Position numbers and translations under genes: made by a program
The notes under the pieces: model-generated
Database searches by the model: none
Seen by the model: the letters and a program-made list of their open reading frames with translations, nothing else
Told to the model about the DNA's origin: nothing
Assembly: GCA_024276455.1 (NCBI GenBank)
Contig: JAJRXE010000159.1
Coordinates: 1 to 36,734, forward strand
Direction of reading: 5' to 3'
DNA length: 36,734 nucleotides
Origin: Calditrichota bacterium
GTDB lineage: Bacteria > Calditrichota > Calditrichia > RBG-13-44-9
Shown: positions 36,075 to 36,734 of the stretch, one piece after another
How the letters are laid out: the number at the start of each line of letters is the position of its first letter
How positions within the stretch are numbered: position 1 is the first letter of the stretch

Positions 36075-36734
36075 ATGAAAATACGAACCGGCGTTTTGCT
36101 GCAGCTCATGCTCACCGCTGCCCTGTTTGCCAACTCAAAAGATTTTAAAGCCGCCCGCAGTTGTGGCGAATGCCACGAAGAGATTTACCAGCAGTGGAGT
36201 CAATCCCGCCACGCCCAATCCACCGTACAAAAGGACGCCCTGTTCGCCGGCATGTACCGCTGGGCTATTCAGGACACCCAGGGGAAACTCAAAAAGAAAT
36301 GCATTGTTTGCCATTCCCCAATGTCCACGGTGTTTCAGGATATCGACCCGGAAAAACCGTTCAATCGAGACGGGATCACCTGTCAATTTTGTCACGGTGC
36401 CCGGGAGATCGTCGCTTTTCACAACGCCCGTGACATTAAAATCGATCTGGACACTCTCTACAGCGACCAGCCTTCCCAGGATGTTGATGCCCATCCTGTG
36501 GCCCATCGGGATTATTTTCACACCAGCGAAATTTGCCTGCCCTGTCATGCTGAGATGAAAACGCCCCGCGACATCGAGGTCTGTTCCACGGGACATGAAT
36601 GGAAAACTTATTTTGAACGAACCGGTCAAACCTGCCAGGATTGCCACATGCCCGCAGCGGAGGATTCTCCCTCTCACGAGTTCGCCGGGACCCACCGGGG
36701 CGACTTGCTGCAAAAAGCGATGAAAATGGAATTA
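36075..36734 (+). CDS. Secreted multihaem c-type cytochrome (cytochrome c554-like family), N-terminal 220 codons; continues past the window end
   Basis: This ORF is not in the supplied track because it has no stop within the window. SD AAAGGAG lies 7 nt before ATG 36075. It has a signal peptide and five CxxCH motifs (CGECH, CIVCH, CQFCH, CLPCH, CQDCH). The frame is open to 36734. Confidence 0.85.
   Translation, partial: MKIRTGVLLQLMLTAALFANSKDFKAARSCGECHEEIYQQWSQSRHAQSTVQKDALFAGMYRWAIQDTQGKLKKKCIVCHSPMSTVFQDIDPEKPFNRDGITCQFCHGAREIVAFHNARDIKIDLDTLYSDQPSQDVDAHPVAHRDYFHTSEICLPCHAEMKTPRDIEVCSTGHEWKTYFERTGQTCQDCHMPAAEDSPSHEFAGTHRGDLLQKAMKMEL

Noticed and set aside
1-36734. CRISPR arrays, IS elements or transposases, prophage genes, rRNA genes.
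   Set aside because: I saw no regularly spaced direct repeats of 24-40 bp, no transposase, integrase or phage-like ORFs in any frame of the track, and no rRNA-like conserved segments.

Overview
This 36.7-kb window (about 50% GC) looks like ordinary chromosome from a diderm, probably flagellated bacterium. The gene content (a GWxTD-domain protein, many secreted peptidases, FadL plus an SGNH lipoprotein, Kdo transferase, multihaem cytochrome) suggests an FCB-superphylum or Calditrichota-like lineage, but that is inference only. I can support about 33 protein-coding genes, mostly housekeeping or envelope functions: Gfo/Idh/MocA oxidoreductase, class-V aminotransferase, macro domain, HU, nitroreductase, dGTPase, Mrp/ApbC, RsgA, WaaA, TetR, S9, M1 and M14 peptidases, a class-A PBP and a TPR protein. 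There is also one tRNA-Arg(CCG), rpsT, several intrinsic terminators and one sigma-28-type promoter. I found no CRISPR array, no transposase or integrase, and no recognisable defence or toxin-antitoxin system. The points worth a second look are: (1) a small flagellar regulatory locus where fliW is followed by a stand-alone sigma-factor region-4-like ORF rather than csrA, then about 0.4 kb of unexplained GGA-rich spacer, then a near-consensus sigma-28 promoter driving an FlgM-like gene; (2) a 540-bp convergent intergenic region (15.45-15.99 kb) packed with GC-rich hairpins, which may encode unclassified structured RNA; (3) two otherwise intact genes (an M14 peptidase and a class-A PBP), each broken by a single in-frame stop codon; (4) an M1 aminopeptidase fused to a C-terminal Omp85/BamA-like barrel; (5) an AT-rich intergenic element bounded by inverted arrays of the heptamer CACGAAT. 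All functional calls come from motif recognition by eye. No database search was run.
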